Positions 18,685-28,728 of a DNA stretch of 64,000 nucleotides are shown one piece after another. Source of the stretch: an uncultured Alphaproteobacteria bacterium (lineage in GTDB: Bacteria; Pseudomonadota; Alphaproteobacteria; HIMB59; GCA-002718135); the NCBI GenBank assembly GCA_902615745.1, contig CACMQB010000005.1:25991-89990 (forward strand). The letters are read 5' to 3'. Made by a program: the position numbers and the translations under genes. The first letter of the stretch is position 1. Every line of letters begins with the position of its first letter. Under the pieces are notes generated by a model, which was not told where the DNA came from, searched no databases, and saw only the letters and a program-made list of their open reading frames with translations.

Positions 18685-19472
18685 AAATTCTTTTTATAGG
18701 TGATATTGTCGGTAAGGCATCAAGAAAAAAAATTAAAGAAATTATACCAACACTCAAATCTAAATACAATACAGACATGATTATTGCTAATGGTGAAAAT
18801 GCTACTTCTGGTTATGGACTTTCAAAAAAGGATGCAGAAGAATTATTTTCCAGCGGATTAGATCTACTTACACTTGGGAATCATGCATGGGATCAAAGGG
18901 ATATGCTTTCTTATATTGAAGAAAATCCAAAGATAATCAGAGCTTTGAATTACCCTGACGGTGTTCCTGGAAAAGGATATTATAAGTTTGAACTTTTAAA
19001 TGGAAAAAAAATTATCGTAGTACAAGTAATGCTAAGATTATTTATGAATTTATCATTGGATGATCCATTTAAAAGTATAATTGAATTTCTTCAAAAAGAG
19101 AAATTAGGTAGTACATGTGATGCGATAATTATTGATATGCATGGTGAAGCAACTTCTGAAAAAAAGGCATTTGGATATTATGTTGATGGACAAGTTACGG
19201 CAGTTTTAGGTACACATACTCATGTGCCAACAGCAGACAGTGTTATTTTACCCAAAGGTACAGCTTATCAAACAGATGTTGGAATGTCAGGTGATTACAA
19301 TTCAATAATTGGTTTCGATATAACTAACCCAATCCATGGATTTGTTAAGGGGTATAGGGCTGAAGGTAGATTTACACCTGCCACTGAAAATATAACTGTA
19401 TGTGGGTCTTTAATAAATATCGATACTAATTCAGGTTTAGCTAAAAATATCACCCCAATTCAAGAGACATAA
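18681..19472 (+). CDS. YmdB-family metallophosphoesterase (TIGR00282-like)
   Basis: 263 aa. MKILFIGDIVG, ANGENATSGYG, DMHGEATSEK and GTHTHVPTAD are the calcineurin-like metal-binding motifs of YmdB proteins. Confidence 0.85.
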   Translation: MKILFIGDIVGKASRKKIKEIIPTLKSKYNTDMIIANGENATSGYGLSKKDAEELFSSGLDLLTLGNHAWDQRDMLSYIEENPKIIRALNYPDGVPGKGYYKFELLNGKKIIVVQVMLRLFMNLSLDDPFKSIIEFLQKEKLGSTCDAIIIDMHGEATSEKKAFGYYVDGQVTAVLGTHTHVPTADSVILPKGTAYQTDVGMSGDYNSIIGFDITNPIHGFVKGYRAEGRFTPATENITVCGSLINIDTNSGLAKNITPIQET

Positions 19473-19551
19473 TTTACATATATTAGACACATTTATCTAA
19501 TATTTTATATCTTTACTAACATCGGACGAAATATTTATAAGTCTATTCGAA

Positions 19552-20301
19552 ATGGCAGGACACTCAAAGTTTAAAAATATAATGCATCGAAAAGGTGCTC
19601 AAGATAAAAAAAGAGCAAAGGTATTTTCAAGACTAGGAAGAGAAATATCTGTAGCAGTCAAAGTCGGTGGTGAAGATATTGAAAGTAATATTAGGTTGAG
19701 ATCTGCAATCGCTTCAGCCAAATCTCTCAATATGCCAAAAGATAACATTGAGAGAGCAATTAAAAAAGGTCAAGGGAATGATCCTGATAGTAATTATGAA
19801 GAAGTAAGATATGAGGGGTATGGCCCTGAAGGCATTGCAATAATAGTTGAGGCACTTACAAATAATAAAAATAGAACAGCTGCAGAGATTAGATCATGTT
19901 TTAGTAAACATGGAGGTAATTTGGGTGAAACAGGAAGCGTTAGTTTTGGTTTTGACAGATTTGGAAATATCACTCTCGATAAAAACTTAGTAAAAGAAGA
20001 TCAACTTCTAGAATTTCTTATTGAAAATAATAGTGAAGATTATGAAATTAATGACACAGAATATTCAATATACTGTGATCAAAACGATTTGCATGAACTT
20101 AATGATAAATTAATTAAACAGTATGGTCAGACTAATTCTGCAAATTTAATTTGGAAAAGTAAAAATAATATTAATATTGGAAAAGATACAGCGGACAAAC
20201 TATTTAAATTACTTGAAGTTTTAGAAGACAATGACGACGTTCAAGTTGTATCATCAAATTTTGAAGTTGATGATAATGTTTTATCTTCACTGACAGCCTA
20301 A
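19552..20301 (+). CDS. yebC: YebC/PmpR-family transcriptional regulator
   Basis: 249 aa. MAGHSKFKNIMHRKGAQDKKRAKVFSRLGREI is the invariant YebC N-terminus. Confidence 0.95.
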   Translation: MAGHSKFKNIMHRKGAQDKKRAKVFSRLGREISVAVKVGGEDIESNIRLRSAIASAKSLNMPKDNIERAIKKGQGNDPDSNYEEVRYEGYGPEGIAIIVEALTNNKNRTAAEIRSCFSKHGGNLGETGSVSFGFDRFGNITLDKNLVKEDQLLEFLIENNSEDYEINDTEYSIYCDQNDLHELNDKLIKQYGQTNSANLIWKSKNNINIGKDTADKLFKLLEVLEDNDDVQVVSSNFEVDDNVLSSLTA

Positions 20302-20315
20302 TGAAAGGAATATAG

Positions 20316-20609
20316 ATGCCTGATAAAGCCTGGAAAAAAAGAGAAAGAGATGTTGCAAACTATTTCAATGGGAAAAGGACACCTTTAAGCGGGGGTAATG
20401 GTAAAGTAACAAGAGCTGATGTAATTCATGAAGACTTATTTATAGAATGTAAATTAAGAGCTAAGCATACAGCTATTAGTTTATGGGATGATACTGCAAA
20501 GCTTGCTAAAGAGGAGGGTAAAACACCAGTAATAGCACTATGTGAAAAAAATAGACCAGGGTTTTGGGTTATGGTTCATAGTAGCGATCTTGAAAAAATT
20601 AAAAAATAA
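20316..20609 (+). CDS. Small PD-(D/E)xK nuclease-like protein (Hjc/VRR-NUC-like motif order); function unproven
   Basis: 97 aa. The motif order E10-R-D ... SGG ... D35 ... E44-C-K46 (KRERDVANYF..PLSGGNGKVTRADVIHEDLFIECKLR) mirrors the E / D / ExK catalytic arrangement of archaeal-type Holliday junction resolvases. It sits between yebC and tolQ. Confidence 0.5.
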   Translation: MPDKAWKKRERDVANYFNGKRTPLSGGNGKVTRADVIHEDLFIECKLRAKHTAISLWDDTAKLAKEEGKTPVIALCEKNRPGFWVMVHSSDLEKIKK

Positions 20610-20614
20610 TTATT

Positions 20615-21328
20615 ATGGCAGATATTAATAGTACAAATTTATCAACAGAAGCTCCAGATTTTTCAATGCTTGCTTTATTTATGCAAGCTGATCTTGTTGT
20701 CAAATCTGTAATTATAATTTTAATCTTAGCTTCTCTTTATTCTTGGAATGTAATTATTTCAAAAATTTTAAGAATTAGACAATTAAAAAAACTTGAAAAA
20801 GAATTTGAAGATATTTTTTGGTCTGGAAATTCATTTGAAGATTTATATGAAACTTTAAACTTTAATCAGACAGATCCAAAATCAAAATTATTTTGTGCTG
20901 CAATTTTAGAGTGGAAAAAAAGTAAAACTCAGTTTGAAAATGATACATCTGACATTAATTCTTTAAAAGATAGAATGATGAGATCAATGACAGTTGTTTT
21001 TAATAAAGAAAGTGAAAATGTTGAAAGAAATTTAACATTCCTAGCAACTGCTGGATCAACTGCACCGTTTATAGGATTATTTGGAACAGTTTGGGGTATA
21101 ATGAATAGTTTTAAATCTATTGCAATAGCTCAAAATACAAATTTAGCAGTAGTTGCCCCAGGAATTGCAGAGGCACTTTTTGCAACAGCATTAGGTCTTT
21201 TTGTAGCTATACCTGCTGTAGTTGCTTACAATAAAATTTCAAACGATTTATCTAAATACTTTATATCCTTGGAAACATTCATGGATGAATTCTCAACAAT
21301 TTTTTTTAGGCAATTAGAGAAAAAATAA
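20615..21328 (+). CDS. tolQ: Tol-Pal system protein TolQ
   Basis: 237 aa. MotA/TolQ/ExbB channel signature LATAGSTAPFIGLFGTVWGIMNSF. Confidence 0.9.
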   Translation: MADINSTNLSTEAPDFSMLALFMQADLVVKSVIIILILASLYSWNVIISKILRIRQLKKLEKEFEDIFWSGNSFEDLYETLNFNQTDPKSKLFCAAILEWKKSKTQFENDTSDINSLKDRMMRSMTVVFNKESENVERNLTFLATAGSTAPFIGLFGTVWGIMNSFKSIAIAQNTNLAVVAPGIAEALFATALGLFVAIPAVVAYNKISNDLSKYFISLETFMDEFSTIFFRQLEKK

Positions 21329-21329
21329 A

Positions 21330-21758
21330 TTGATTACTTCAAATAATTTAAACAAACGTAAGAAGCAAAGGTACACTCAAATGAGTGAAATTAATGTTAC
21401 ACCTTTTGTAGATGTTATGCTTGTTTTACTAATTGTTTTTATGGTTACCGCACCTCTTCTAACGGTTGGAATAAAAGTTGATTTACCAAAGGTTAAAGCT
21501 ACTGCGTTAACTGATATTAAAGATCCAATTGAAATAACTGTTAAGATAGATGGAGAAGTCTACATTGGGGAATCAAAGGTTGAAATAGAAAATTTGATTC
21601 CTCGACTAAACGCTATTACTGAACAAAATACTGAAGCAAGGATCTACATAAGAGGTGATAGAGTAGTAGCTTATGGGAGGATTATGAAAATTATGTCCAT
21701 AATCAATTCAGCAGGATATATTAAAGTTGCATTAATTACTCAAAATCTTGAGCAATAG
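21330..21758 (+). CDS. tolR: Tol-Pal system protein TolR (ExbD/TolR family)
   Basis: 142 aa as listed (TTG start). SEINVTPFVDVMLVLLIVFMVTAP is the ExbD/TolR TM signature. The ATG at 21381 (MSEINVTPF...) is an equally plausible true start. Confidence 0.85.
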   Translation: MITSNNLNKRKKQRYTQMSEINVTPFVDVMLVLLIVFMVTAPLLTVGIKVDLPKVKATALTDIKDPIEITVKIDGEVYIGESKVEIENLIPRLNAITEQNTEARIYIRGDRVVAYGRIMKIMSIINSAGYIKVALITQNLEQ

Positions 21759-22829
21759 ATGGATCGTATAAGCTATAATAGTTTAAAAATAATAAATTTT
21801 TTTGAAAACTTAAATCCTAAAACATCTGGAATTATTTTTTCTACACTAATACATTTAATTATCCTTTTATTTATGGTGGGCTTGCCAAATTTTTTTTCTC
21901 CAAAAGAAATTTATGTTCCAAATGTAATACCTATTGAAATACTTAATGTTGATGAAAATACAAATTTAAAAAAATCTGATACTGAAAAACCAGAAAATAA
22001 AAATAAGGAAACAATTACCAAGCAAAAAAAATTTAATTCATCAGATCAATTAGAAGTAAAAAAAAATGTTGAAATAAACAAAACTGAAATTGAAGAAAAA
22101 ACTAATCCAAATCAACCAGTTTTGGAAATGAAACAAACGCCAAATTTAGAAGTTAAGGAAACAAAAAAAGTAATTATCAAAGAAAAGGAAATTTTAGAAG
22201 TTAAGAAAAAAGTAGAAACAATTAAAACTGATATAATTAAACCAAAACTTAAACCAAAGCCAAAAATTATAAATAATGAAAATGTTAAATCAGATTTAGA
22301 TGTTGAAACAAACATAAAGGATAAACCAAAGTTGGAAAATGAAAAGACCATATCTAAACCAAAGCCAAAACCTGAAAAAGATTTTAGTATAGCGTCAATG
22401 CTCAAAGATCTAAGAAATGAAAAAACAAATATGGTTCAAAATGAAGTTAACGAAGAGGTTGAAGAGATTGATAATAAAAGTACAGAAAATACCGATGACA
22501 ATATTATGTTATCAATATCTGAAATAGACATGCTGAGGCAGCAATTATCTTCTTGTTGGAATGCTCCAGCTGGTGCAGTTATAGAAAGAGGAGACAAAGT
22601 AACAATTTCAGCAAAAGTATTACAAAATATGAAGGTTTCACCAAATAGTATCCGCATTGTTGACACAAATATAGCTAAAACTAATCCATTTTATGGACCG
22701 ATTACAGATAGTGCAATGAGAACTCTCTTAAATCCAGAATGTACACCGTTAAAACTTCCAAAAGATAAATATAATCTATGGAAAAATCTTACAATTACTT
22801 TTGATTATAGTATTATGAAAGGATATTGA
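21759..22829 (+). CDS. tolA: TolA-like protein (N-terminal TM anchor, K/E/P-rich spacer, C-terminal TolA domain)
   Basis: 356 aa. One TM segment (IIFSTLIHLIILLFMVGL), a long low-complexity lysine/glutamate region with KPKLKPKPK and KPKPKPEK repeats, and a conserved C-terminal block (LSSCWNAPAG). Located between tolR and tolB. Confidence 0.7.
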   Translation: MDRISYNSLKIINFFENLNPKTSGIIFSTLIHLIILLFMVGLPNFFSPKEIYVPNVIPIEILNVDENTNLKKSDTEKPENKNKETITKQKKFNSSDQLEVKKNVEINKTEIEEKTNPNQPVLEMKQTPNLEVKETKKVIIKEKEILEVKKKVETIKTDIIKPKLKPKPKIINNENVKSDLDVETNIKDKPKLENEKTISKPKPKPEKDFSIASMLKDLRNEKTNMVQNEVNEEVEEIDNKSTENTDDNIMLSISEIDMLRQQLSSCWNAPAGAVIERGDKVTISAKVLQNMKVSPNSIRIVDTNIAKTNPFYGPITDSAMRTLLNPECTPLKLPKDKYNLWKNLTITFDYSIMKGY

Positions 22830-24145
22830 TGAAAAAATTTTCCCTAATAATCTTTTTTTTATTTCTTAGTTTTAAAGTCCATTCATTAGAAGTGACTCTA
22901 ACACAAGGTAGTGTGAAACCAACTCCTATAGCAGTCACAGAGTTATACTCAGAAAATTCACAATTAACTAAAGTAGGTAAAAATATTTCAACTGTTATTT
23001 CAGATAACTTAGAAAGGTCTGGGCTTTTTTTACCTATAGATAAAAGATCTTTTATTCAAGATAATGAATCTTTATCAAATAAACCTAGATTTGAAGATTG
23101 GAAACTAATAAAGGCCCAACATTTAGTTTCTGGAAAAATTGCAACAAACAATGGAAAAATATCTGTTGAATTTAGATTGTTTGATGTTTTTCAACAAAAG
23201 CAAATTGTGGGAAAAAAATATGAGACTAATGAAAAAAATTGGAGAAGAGTCGCTCATATTATTTCAGATTCCATTTTTAAAAATATAACTGGTGAAGGTG
23301 GTTATTTTGATACAAGAATAGTTTATGTTGCTGAGACTGGTCCAAAAGAAAATAAACAAAAAAGATTAGCAATAATGGATCAAGATCAATCAAATCATCG
23401 TTTTTTAACGGATGGATCATACTTAGTATTAACTCCAAGATTCTCTCCTAATTCGCAAAAAATTACATACATGTCCTATGTCAATAGAAATAATCCAAGA
23501 GTTTACATATTTGATATAGAAACTGGTAAGCAAGAAATAGTAGGTGAGTTTCCTGGAATGACATTTGCTCCACGTTTTTCACCTGATGGTAATCAAATTG
23601 TGATGTCCTACACTGATCCTGAAATTGGTAATTCCGAAATTTATATTCTTGATCTAAAAACAAGAATTTCAAAAAGAGTTACTAATAATTCTTCAATAGA
23701 TGTTTCTGCAAGTTTTTCACCCGATGGAAAAAAAATAGTTTTTAATTCAGATAGAAGTGGAAGAAGACATTTGTATGTATGTGATAATAATGGAAAAAAT
23801 ATTAAAAGAATTAGCAGGGAAGCAGGAAGTTACTACACACCAGTCTGGTCTCCAAGAGGTGATATGATTGCATTCACCAAACAAGAGGGTGGGCAATTTT
23901 ATATAGGTGTTATGGAAGTCGATGGTTCAAATGAAAGAATGATTGCAAAATCATTCCATGTCGAGGGGCCAACATGGGCGCCAAATGGTAGATTTTTGAT
24001 GTATTTCAAAGAAGAGAGAACTGCTGAAGATGGATCAGGGGGTGAATCCAGTCTATATTCTATTGATTTAACTGGTTTTAATGAAAGAAAAGTAATAACT
24101 CCCTTAGGAGGTTCTGATCCAGCTTGGTCTCCCTTGATGCATTAA
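22829..24145 (+). CDS. tolB: Tol-Pal system beta-propeller protein TolB
   Basis: Signal peptide followed by repeated P.FSPDG/WSP.G propeller blades (PRFSPNSQ, PRFSPDGNQ, ASFSPDGKK, PVWSPRGD, PTWAPNGR, PAWSP). The track starts at TTG 22826. The ATG at 22829 overlaps the tolA stop by 1 nt and is preferred. Confidence 0.9.
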   Translation: MKKFSLIIFFLFLSFKVHSLEVTLTQGSVKPTPIAVTELYSENSQLTKVGKNISTVISDNLERSGLFLPIDKRSFIQDNESLSNKPRFEDWKLIKAQHLVSGKIATNNGKISVEFRLFDVFQQKQIVGKKYETNEKNWRRVAHIISDSIFKNITGEGGYFDTRIVYVAETGPKENKQKRLAIMDQDQSNHRFLTDGSYLVLTPRFSPNSQKITYMSYVNRNNPRVYIFDIETGKQEIVGEFPGMTFAPRFSPDGNQIVMSYTDPEIGNSEIYILDLKTRISKRVTNNSSIDVSASFSPDGKKIVFNSDRSGRRHLYVCDNNGKNIKRISREAGSYYTPVWSPRGDMIAFTKQEGGQFYIGVMEVDGSNERMIAKSFHVEGPTWAPNGRFLMYFKEERTAEDGSGGESSLYSIDLTGFNERKVITPLGGSDPAWSPLMH

Positions 24146-24176
24146 TTCAATATAATACAAAAAAAGATACGAAATT

Positions 24177-24207
24177 TTGAAAAAAATGTTAAGGAATTCA
24201 CTATAAT
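24177..24207 (+). promoter_or_regulatory. Candidate sigma70-type promoter for pal (TTGAAA - 19 nt - TATAAT)
   Basis: A perfect TATAAT at 24202..24207 and TTGAAA at 24177..24182. The spacer is long (19 nt), and such matches are common in AT-rich DNA. The pal SD AAGGGAG lies at 24231..24237. Confidence 0.3.
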
Positions 24208-24246
24208 TTAGTATATCTACTCAAAGTATTAAGGGAGCAAATATTT

Positions 24247-24768
24247 ATGTTTTACAAATTTTTTATCTCCATATTTATGGTTTTATTTGTTGCAGCTTGT
24301 GCAACAACACCAAAAGACTCAGCTGACTCTTCAGGTTCAGGATCAAGTAGTTCTGGTAGTGATGTTTCTTCGGAAGGAAGTATTACTGAAACTGCAGGAA
24401 GCGGAATAGTTTCTGGTTCACAAGAAGATTTAATAGTGAATGTTGGTGATAGAGTATTTTTTGGATATGACAGTGCAGATTTAGACTCAGACGCTTTGGA
24501 GTTACTGCAAGATCAAGTTGCATGGCTTAAGCAGAATAGCGATGTTTCTATTACTATTGAAGGACACTGCGATGAACGAGGTACTAGAGAGTACAACTTG
24601 GCTCTTGGTGAAAAAAGAGCTCAAGCTGTTAAAAATTACCTAATCGGATTAGGAATAAATCCAGATAGAGTTTCAACTATTAGTTATGGTAAAGAAAGAC
24701 CAGCTGTTGTCGGATCCAACGATGGAGCATGGGCTCAAAATAGAAGATCAGTAACTATAGTTAACTAA
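24247..24768 (+). CDS. pal: Peptidoglycan-associated lipoprotein Pal (OmpA family)
   Basis: 173 aa. Lipobox LFVAAC, a Ser/Gly-rich linker, and the OmpA-like domain GHCDERGTREYNLALGEKRAQAV. Confidence 0.9.
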   Translation: MFYKFFISIFMVLFVAACATTPKDSADSSGSGSSSSGSDVSSEGSITETAGSGIVSGSQEDLIVNVGDRVFFGYDSADLDSDALELLQDQVAWLKQNSDVSITIEGHCDERGTREYNLALGEKRAQAVKNYLIGLGINPDRVSTISYGKERPAVVGSNDGAWAQNRRSVTIVN

Positions 24769-24788
24769 TCTACTTTCCTTAATACTTT

Positions 24789-24818
24789 GGCGCTATATTA
24801 ATATAGCGCCATATTTCT
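24789..24818 (+). terminator. Probable intrinsic terminator after pal
   Basis: Perfect 11+11 nt inverted repeat GGCGCTATATT/AATATAGCGCC (24789..24810) with GC-rich base pairs, followed by ATATTTCT. It is one of very few GC-rich hairpins in the window. The U-tract is weak. Confidence 0.45.
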
Positions 24819-24845
24819 ATCGCAATTACGAATTAATAACCTTTA

Positions 24846-25763
24846 ATGTTTAAATACATACTCACTTTTGTAATCATTTTTTTTTCAAGTTATGCTTATT
24901 CTAATGAAAATGAACTTACAATTAACCAGCAACTAGAGAGATTACAAAGAGAAGTCTCCGATCTTTCTAAAGAAGTATTCTCAAATTCATCAAGTCAATC
25001 TAGTGGAACAAATAATGATTTTGTAAAAAATCTTTCTGCTATTGATTTACGAATATATGATATTGAAAATGATATAAAGAATTTAACTTCTAACTTAGAG
25101 GAATTGTATTTTCAATTAGATGATATTTTTAATAAGCTAGAAAACTTAGAATTAGTTATTAACAATTTACAATCAATTCCTTCAAATAATGTAAAAATAA
25201 ATACAGACAAACTCTTACAAGATAGTTCTGAAGTTAAAAGCAATACTTTAAGTGATACTGAAACTGAAAATACACTTGGAACATTAAATATTTCAAAAAA
25301 CACAAATGATACAAATGAAGAGGCTGTATCTAACGATCAAGAAGTAAATTCAAATGTAAAAGAGGAGGTGTTATCACCAGAAGATCAATTCCAAGTAGCA
25401 TTTGATAATATTAGAGATAAAAAATGGCAGGATGCAAAAACTTCATTTGAGCAGTTTATTGCAGATAATCCTGATAATCAACTATCAGGTTCAGCACATT
25501 ATTGGCTTGGAGAATTATATATTTTAGATAAAAATTATAGAGATGCAGCACTTGTATTTGCAGAAGGTTTTCAAAAATTTCCAGATAGTATTAAAGCTGC
25601 AGAAATGCTTTTTAAACTTTCTCAGTCATTATACCAAGTTGAAAAAACTGTTGAGGCCTGTAAAACTATGGAAAAATTAATTATAGATTTTCCTAAAAAT
25701 AAAATAATTCCTCAAACAAAAAAACAAATTGTTGAATATAATTGCTTAGAAAATAATGAATGA
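24846..25763 (+). CDS. cpoB: Tol-Pal system protein CpoB/YbgF (coiled coil + TPR)
   Basis: 305 aa. Signal peptide, N-terminal coiled coil and a C-terminal TPR block (AHYWLGELYILDKNYRDAALVFAEGFQKFPDS). Canonical position after pal. Confidence 0.8.
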   Translation: MFKYILTFVIIFFSSYAYSNENELTINQQLERLQREVSDLSKEVFSNSSSQSSGTNNDFVKNLSAIDLRIYDIENDIKNLTSNLEELYFQLDDIFNKLENLELVINNLQSIPSNNVKINTDKLLQDSSEVKSNTLSDTETENTLGTLNISKNTNDTNEEAVSNDQEVNSNVKEEVLSPEDQFQVAFDNIRDKKWQDAKTSFEQFIADNPDNQLSGSAHYWLGELYILDKNYRDAALVFAEGFQKFPDSIKAAEMLFKLSQSLYQVEKTVEACKTMEKLIIDFPKNKIIPQTKKQIVEYNCLENNE

Positions 25764-26731
25764 AGCTCACAAATAAAGAATTCATTAAAAACATAGAAAA
25801 AAAATATACTTTTGAAAAAAACCCGTCTGTCGCTGTCGCAGTCTCAGGTGGTCCGGATAGTATGTCATTATTATTTCTTGTAAATGCTTTTATAAAATAC
25901 AAAAAAGGAAACCTGATTGCTTTAATCGTAGATCATCGTATTAGAAAAAATTCTAATCAGGAAGCAAAATATATTTCTACCTACTTGAATAAAAACAACA
26001 TTACATCTCAAATTTTGACTGTAAATCAAGTTAGTGTGAGAAAAAAAAGTATGAATGAGGCTAGAAATAATCGTTATAATTTACTTACAGATTTTTGTAA
26101 TAAAAATAATTTTTTGCATTTATTTGTTGCTCATCACAAAGATGATAATTTAGAAACTTTTTTGAATAGAAAGATAGCCGGAAGTGACTTTTATGGTTTA
26201 AAATCAATATCTGAGTTCTCACTATATAATAAAGTTTGCATAATTAGACCACTCTTAAATTTTTCTAAAGATGCATTATTGAATTATAATAAGAAAAATA
26301 AAATAGAATATATTAATGATCCATCAAATTTTAATTTAGATTATACTCGTCCTACAATAAGAAATTTTCTTAAAAATTCTGACCAAAAAACTATTAAAGA
26401 AATAAATAAAGATTTTGAGAGCATACTTTTTTATTCACCATATTTCATTCAAATGATATTTGAAATACTTCTTAAAAATATTGTTAAGATTGATAGTAAA
26501 AAAATTATTGTTGGTTTTGATAATATGAAAAATTTGAATGAAATTAATTCTGAAAATATTATAAGAAGAATATATCAATTTTTATTTAATGGATCTAATG
26601 CTCCACGATCAAAAAAAACTAGAATCTTAATAAGTGAAATGAAGAAATTAAATTTTAATAATTTTAATATTAAGGGTATGATAGTCAGAAAAAATGATGA
26701 ATTTCTTACATTTTTGAGAAAAATTGTTTAA
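25760..26731 (+). CDS. tilS: tRNA(Ile)-lysidine synthetase (short form)
   Basis: 323 aa. PP-loop VAVSGGPDSMSLL, HHKDDNLETFL and the RPLL motif. The ATGA overlaps the cpoB stop. Confidence 0.85.
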   Translation: MKLTNKEFIKNIEKKYTFEKNPSVAVAVSGGPDSMSLLFLVNAFIKYKKGNLIALIVDHRIRKNSNQEAKYISTYLNKNNITSQILTVNQVSVRKKSMNEARNNRYNLLTDFCNKNNFLHLFVAHHKDDNLETFLNRKIAGSDFYGLKSISEFSLYNKVCIIRPLLNFSKDALLNYNKKNKIEYINDPSNFNLDYTRPTIRNFLKNSDQKTIKEINKDFESILFYSPYFIQMIFEILLKNIVKIDSKKIIVGFDNMKNLNEINSENIIRRIYQFLFNGSNAPRSKKTRILISEMKKLNFNNFNIKGMIVRKNDEFLTFLRKIV

Positions 26732-26782
26732 TTTTCTACAAAACTATTGTGTTTTTATAATAAATTCCTATGTAATAACTAG

Positions 26783-28684
26783 ATGAAAAACATCAGTAAA
26801 AACGTTGTATTATGGATTATAATTGGATTGCTCTTAATTGTGCTTTTCAATCTTTTCCAAGGAACTTCTAATAATAGAAATACTTCAAAAATATCCTTTT
26901 CTGACTTCATTGCAGCAACAGAAAGTGGAAACGTTTCCGAAGTCAATATTAATGGAAGTAACGTTACAGGATTTCTAAATGACGGTCGATCATTTAGCAC
27001 ATATGTTCCTAATTATCCCAATTTAGTAGATAAATTAAATGAAAGTGGGGTAAAAATTACTGCTGAGCCTTCTGAAAGATCAATGCATCCACTTTTAAGT
27101 GTATTACTATCATGGTTTCCTATGCTTCTTTTAATTGGAGTTTGGATCTTCTTTATGCGCCAAATGCAAGGCGGTGGAGGAAAAGCTATGGGCTTTGGTA
27201 AATCTAAAGCTAAATTATTAAACGAGGCTGTAGGTAAAGTTACATTTGACGACGTAGCAGGTATTGATGAAGCTAAACAAGAATTAGAAGAAGTTGTTGA
27301 ATTTTTAAAAGATCCTTCAAAGTTTTCTAGACTAGGGGGTAAGATTCCCAGAGGCGCACTTCTAGTAGGCCCTCCAGGTACTGGAAAAACATTACTTGCA
27401 AGAGCAATCGCTGGTGAAGCAAATGTTCCTTTCTTTTCTATTTCAGGGTCAGATTTTGTTGAAATGTTTGTTGGAGTTGGAGCTAGTAGAGTTAGAGATA
27501 TGTTTGAACAAGGTAAAAAAAATGCACCTTGTATAGTTTTTATTGATGAAATTGACGCTGTTGGAAGGCACCGCGGTGCTGGTCTTGGTGGTGGGAATGA
27601 CGAAAGAGAACAAACTCTTAATCAACTTCTTGTGGAAATGGATGGGTTTGAAGCTAATGCAGGTGTTATTATTATTGCCGCAACAAACAGACCTGATGTT
27701 CTTGACCCAGCTTTACTTAGACCAGGAAGATTTGACCGTCAAATAACTGTTAATAATCCTGATGTAATGGGAAGAGACAAAATACTTAAAGTACACATTA
27801 AAAAAATTAAAGTTTCACCAAAATTTGACCCAAAAATTATTGCAAGGGGAACGCCAGGTTTTTCTGGAGCTGATTTAGCAAATTTAGTCAATGAAGCAGC
27901 ATTACTAGCAGCAAGAAAAAATAAAAGAATGGTTACACTTGAGGATTTTGAAAGTGCCAAAGATAAAGTGATGATGGGTGCTGAAAAAAGATCTATGGTC
28001 ATGTCAGAAGACGAAAAAAAACTTACAGCCTATCATGAAGCTGGTCATGCAGTAGCAACTCTTCACTCACCTGCCTCTGATCCGATACATAAAGCGACTA
28101 TAATTCCGAGAGGTAGAGCCTTAGGCATGGTTATGAGACTTCCTGAAAAAGATCAGCTGTCTATGCGAAAAGATCAAATGAAAGCTCACTTATTAATAGC
28201 TACTGGGGGCAGAATTGCAGAAGAAATGATTTTTGGTAAAGATAAAATTACAAATGGTGCGGCAAGCGATATACAAATGGTTACAAATCTATCAAAAAAA
28301 ATGATTACTGAATGGGGTATGAGTGAAAAATTAGGTCGTCTTAGATATAACAGTGATAGTGAGGAAGTTTTCCTTGGGCATTCTGTTGCACAATCAAAAA
28401 ATTTATCTGACTCCACAGCAAAATTAATTGATGAAGAGGTCAGATCACTAGCAGAAGAAGCTGAAAATAATTGTAGAAAAATTCTTCAAGATAATATTGA
28501 AGAATTGCATATAGTTGCTAAGGGGCTATTAGAGTATGAAACATTATCAGGTGACGAAATTAAAGATTTAATCAAAGGTATAAAGCCAACTCGAGATGAT
28601 TTAGATAATGATATAAACACACCAAAAAAACCAGCCACATCTGTTCCAAAAACAGGCGGATCTGCTCCCGCACCAGCAAACTAA
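26783..28684 (+). CDS. ftsH: ATP-dependent zinc metalloprotease FtsH
   Basis: 633 aa. Walker [12 protein letters not shown], the SRH region and the zinc motif HEAGHAV. Confidence 0.97.
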   Translation: MKNISKNVVLWIIIGLLLIVLFNLFQGTSNNRNTSKISFSDFIAATESGNVSEVNINGSNVTGFLNDGRSFSTYVPNYPNLVDKLNESGVKITAEPSERSMHPLLSVLLSWFPMLLLIGVWIFFMRQMQGGGGKAMGFGKSKAKLLNEAVGKVTFDDVAGIDEAKQELEEVVEFLKDPSKFSRLGGKIPRGALLVGPPGTGKTLLARAIAGEANVPFFSISGSDFVEMFVGVGASRVRDMFEQGKKNAPCIVFIDEIDAVGRHRGAGLGGGNDEREQTLNQLLVEMDGFEANAGVIIIAATNRPDVLDPALLRPGRFDRQITVNNPDVMGRDKILKVHIKKIKVSPKFDPKIIARGTPGFSGADLANLVNEAALLAARKNKRMVTLEDFESAKDKVMMGAEKRSMVMSEDEKKLTAYHEAGHAVATLHSPASDPIHKATIIPRGRALGMVMRLPEKDQLSMRKDQMKAHLLIATGGRIAEEMIFGKDKITNGAASDIQMVTNLSKKMITEWGMSEKLGRLRYNSDSEEVFLGHSVAQSKNLSDSTAKLIDEEVRSLAEEAENNCRKILQDNIEELHIVAKGLLEYETLSGDEIKDLIKGIKPTRDDLDNDINTPKKPATSVPKTGGSAPAPAN

Positions 28685-28728
28685 TTTAATTACTTCACTT
28701 TATTTATTTTTTTGAATAAAAGACATAA

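Noticed and set aside
21990-22400. Repetitive KPK/KE-rich stretch that might be a tandem DNA repeat or a mobile insertion.
   Set aside because: It is in frame within tolA and corresponds to the expected low-complexity periplasm-spanning domain II of TolA. The repeats are degenerate at the DNA level.
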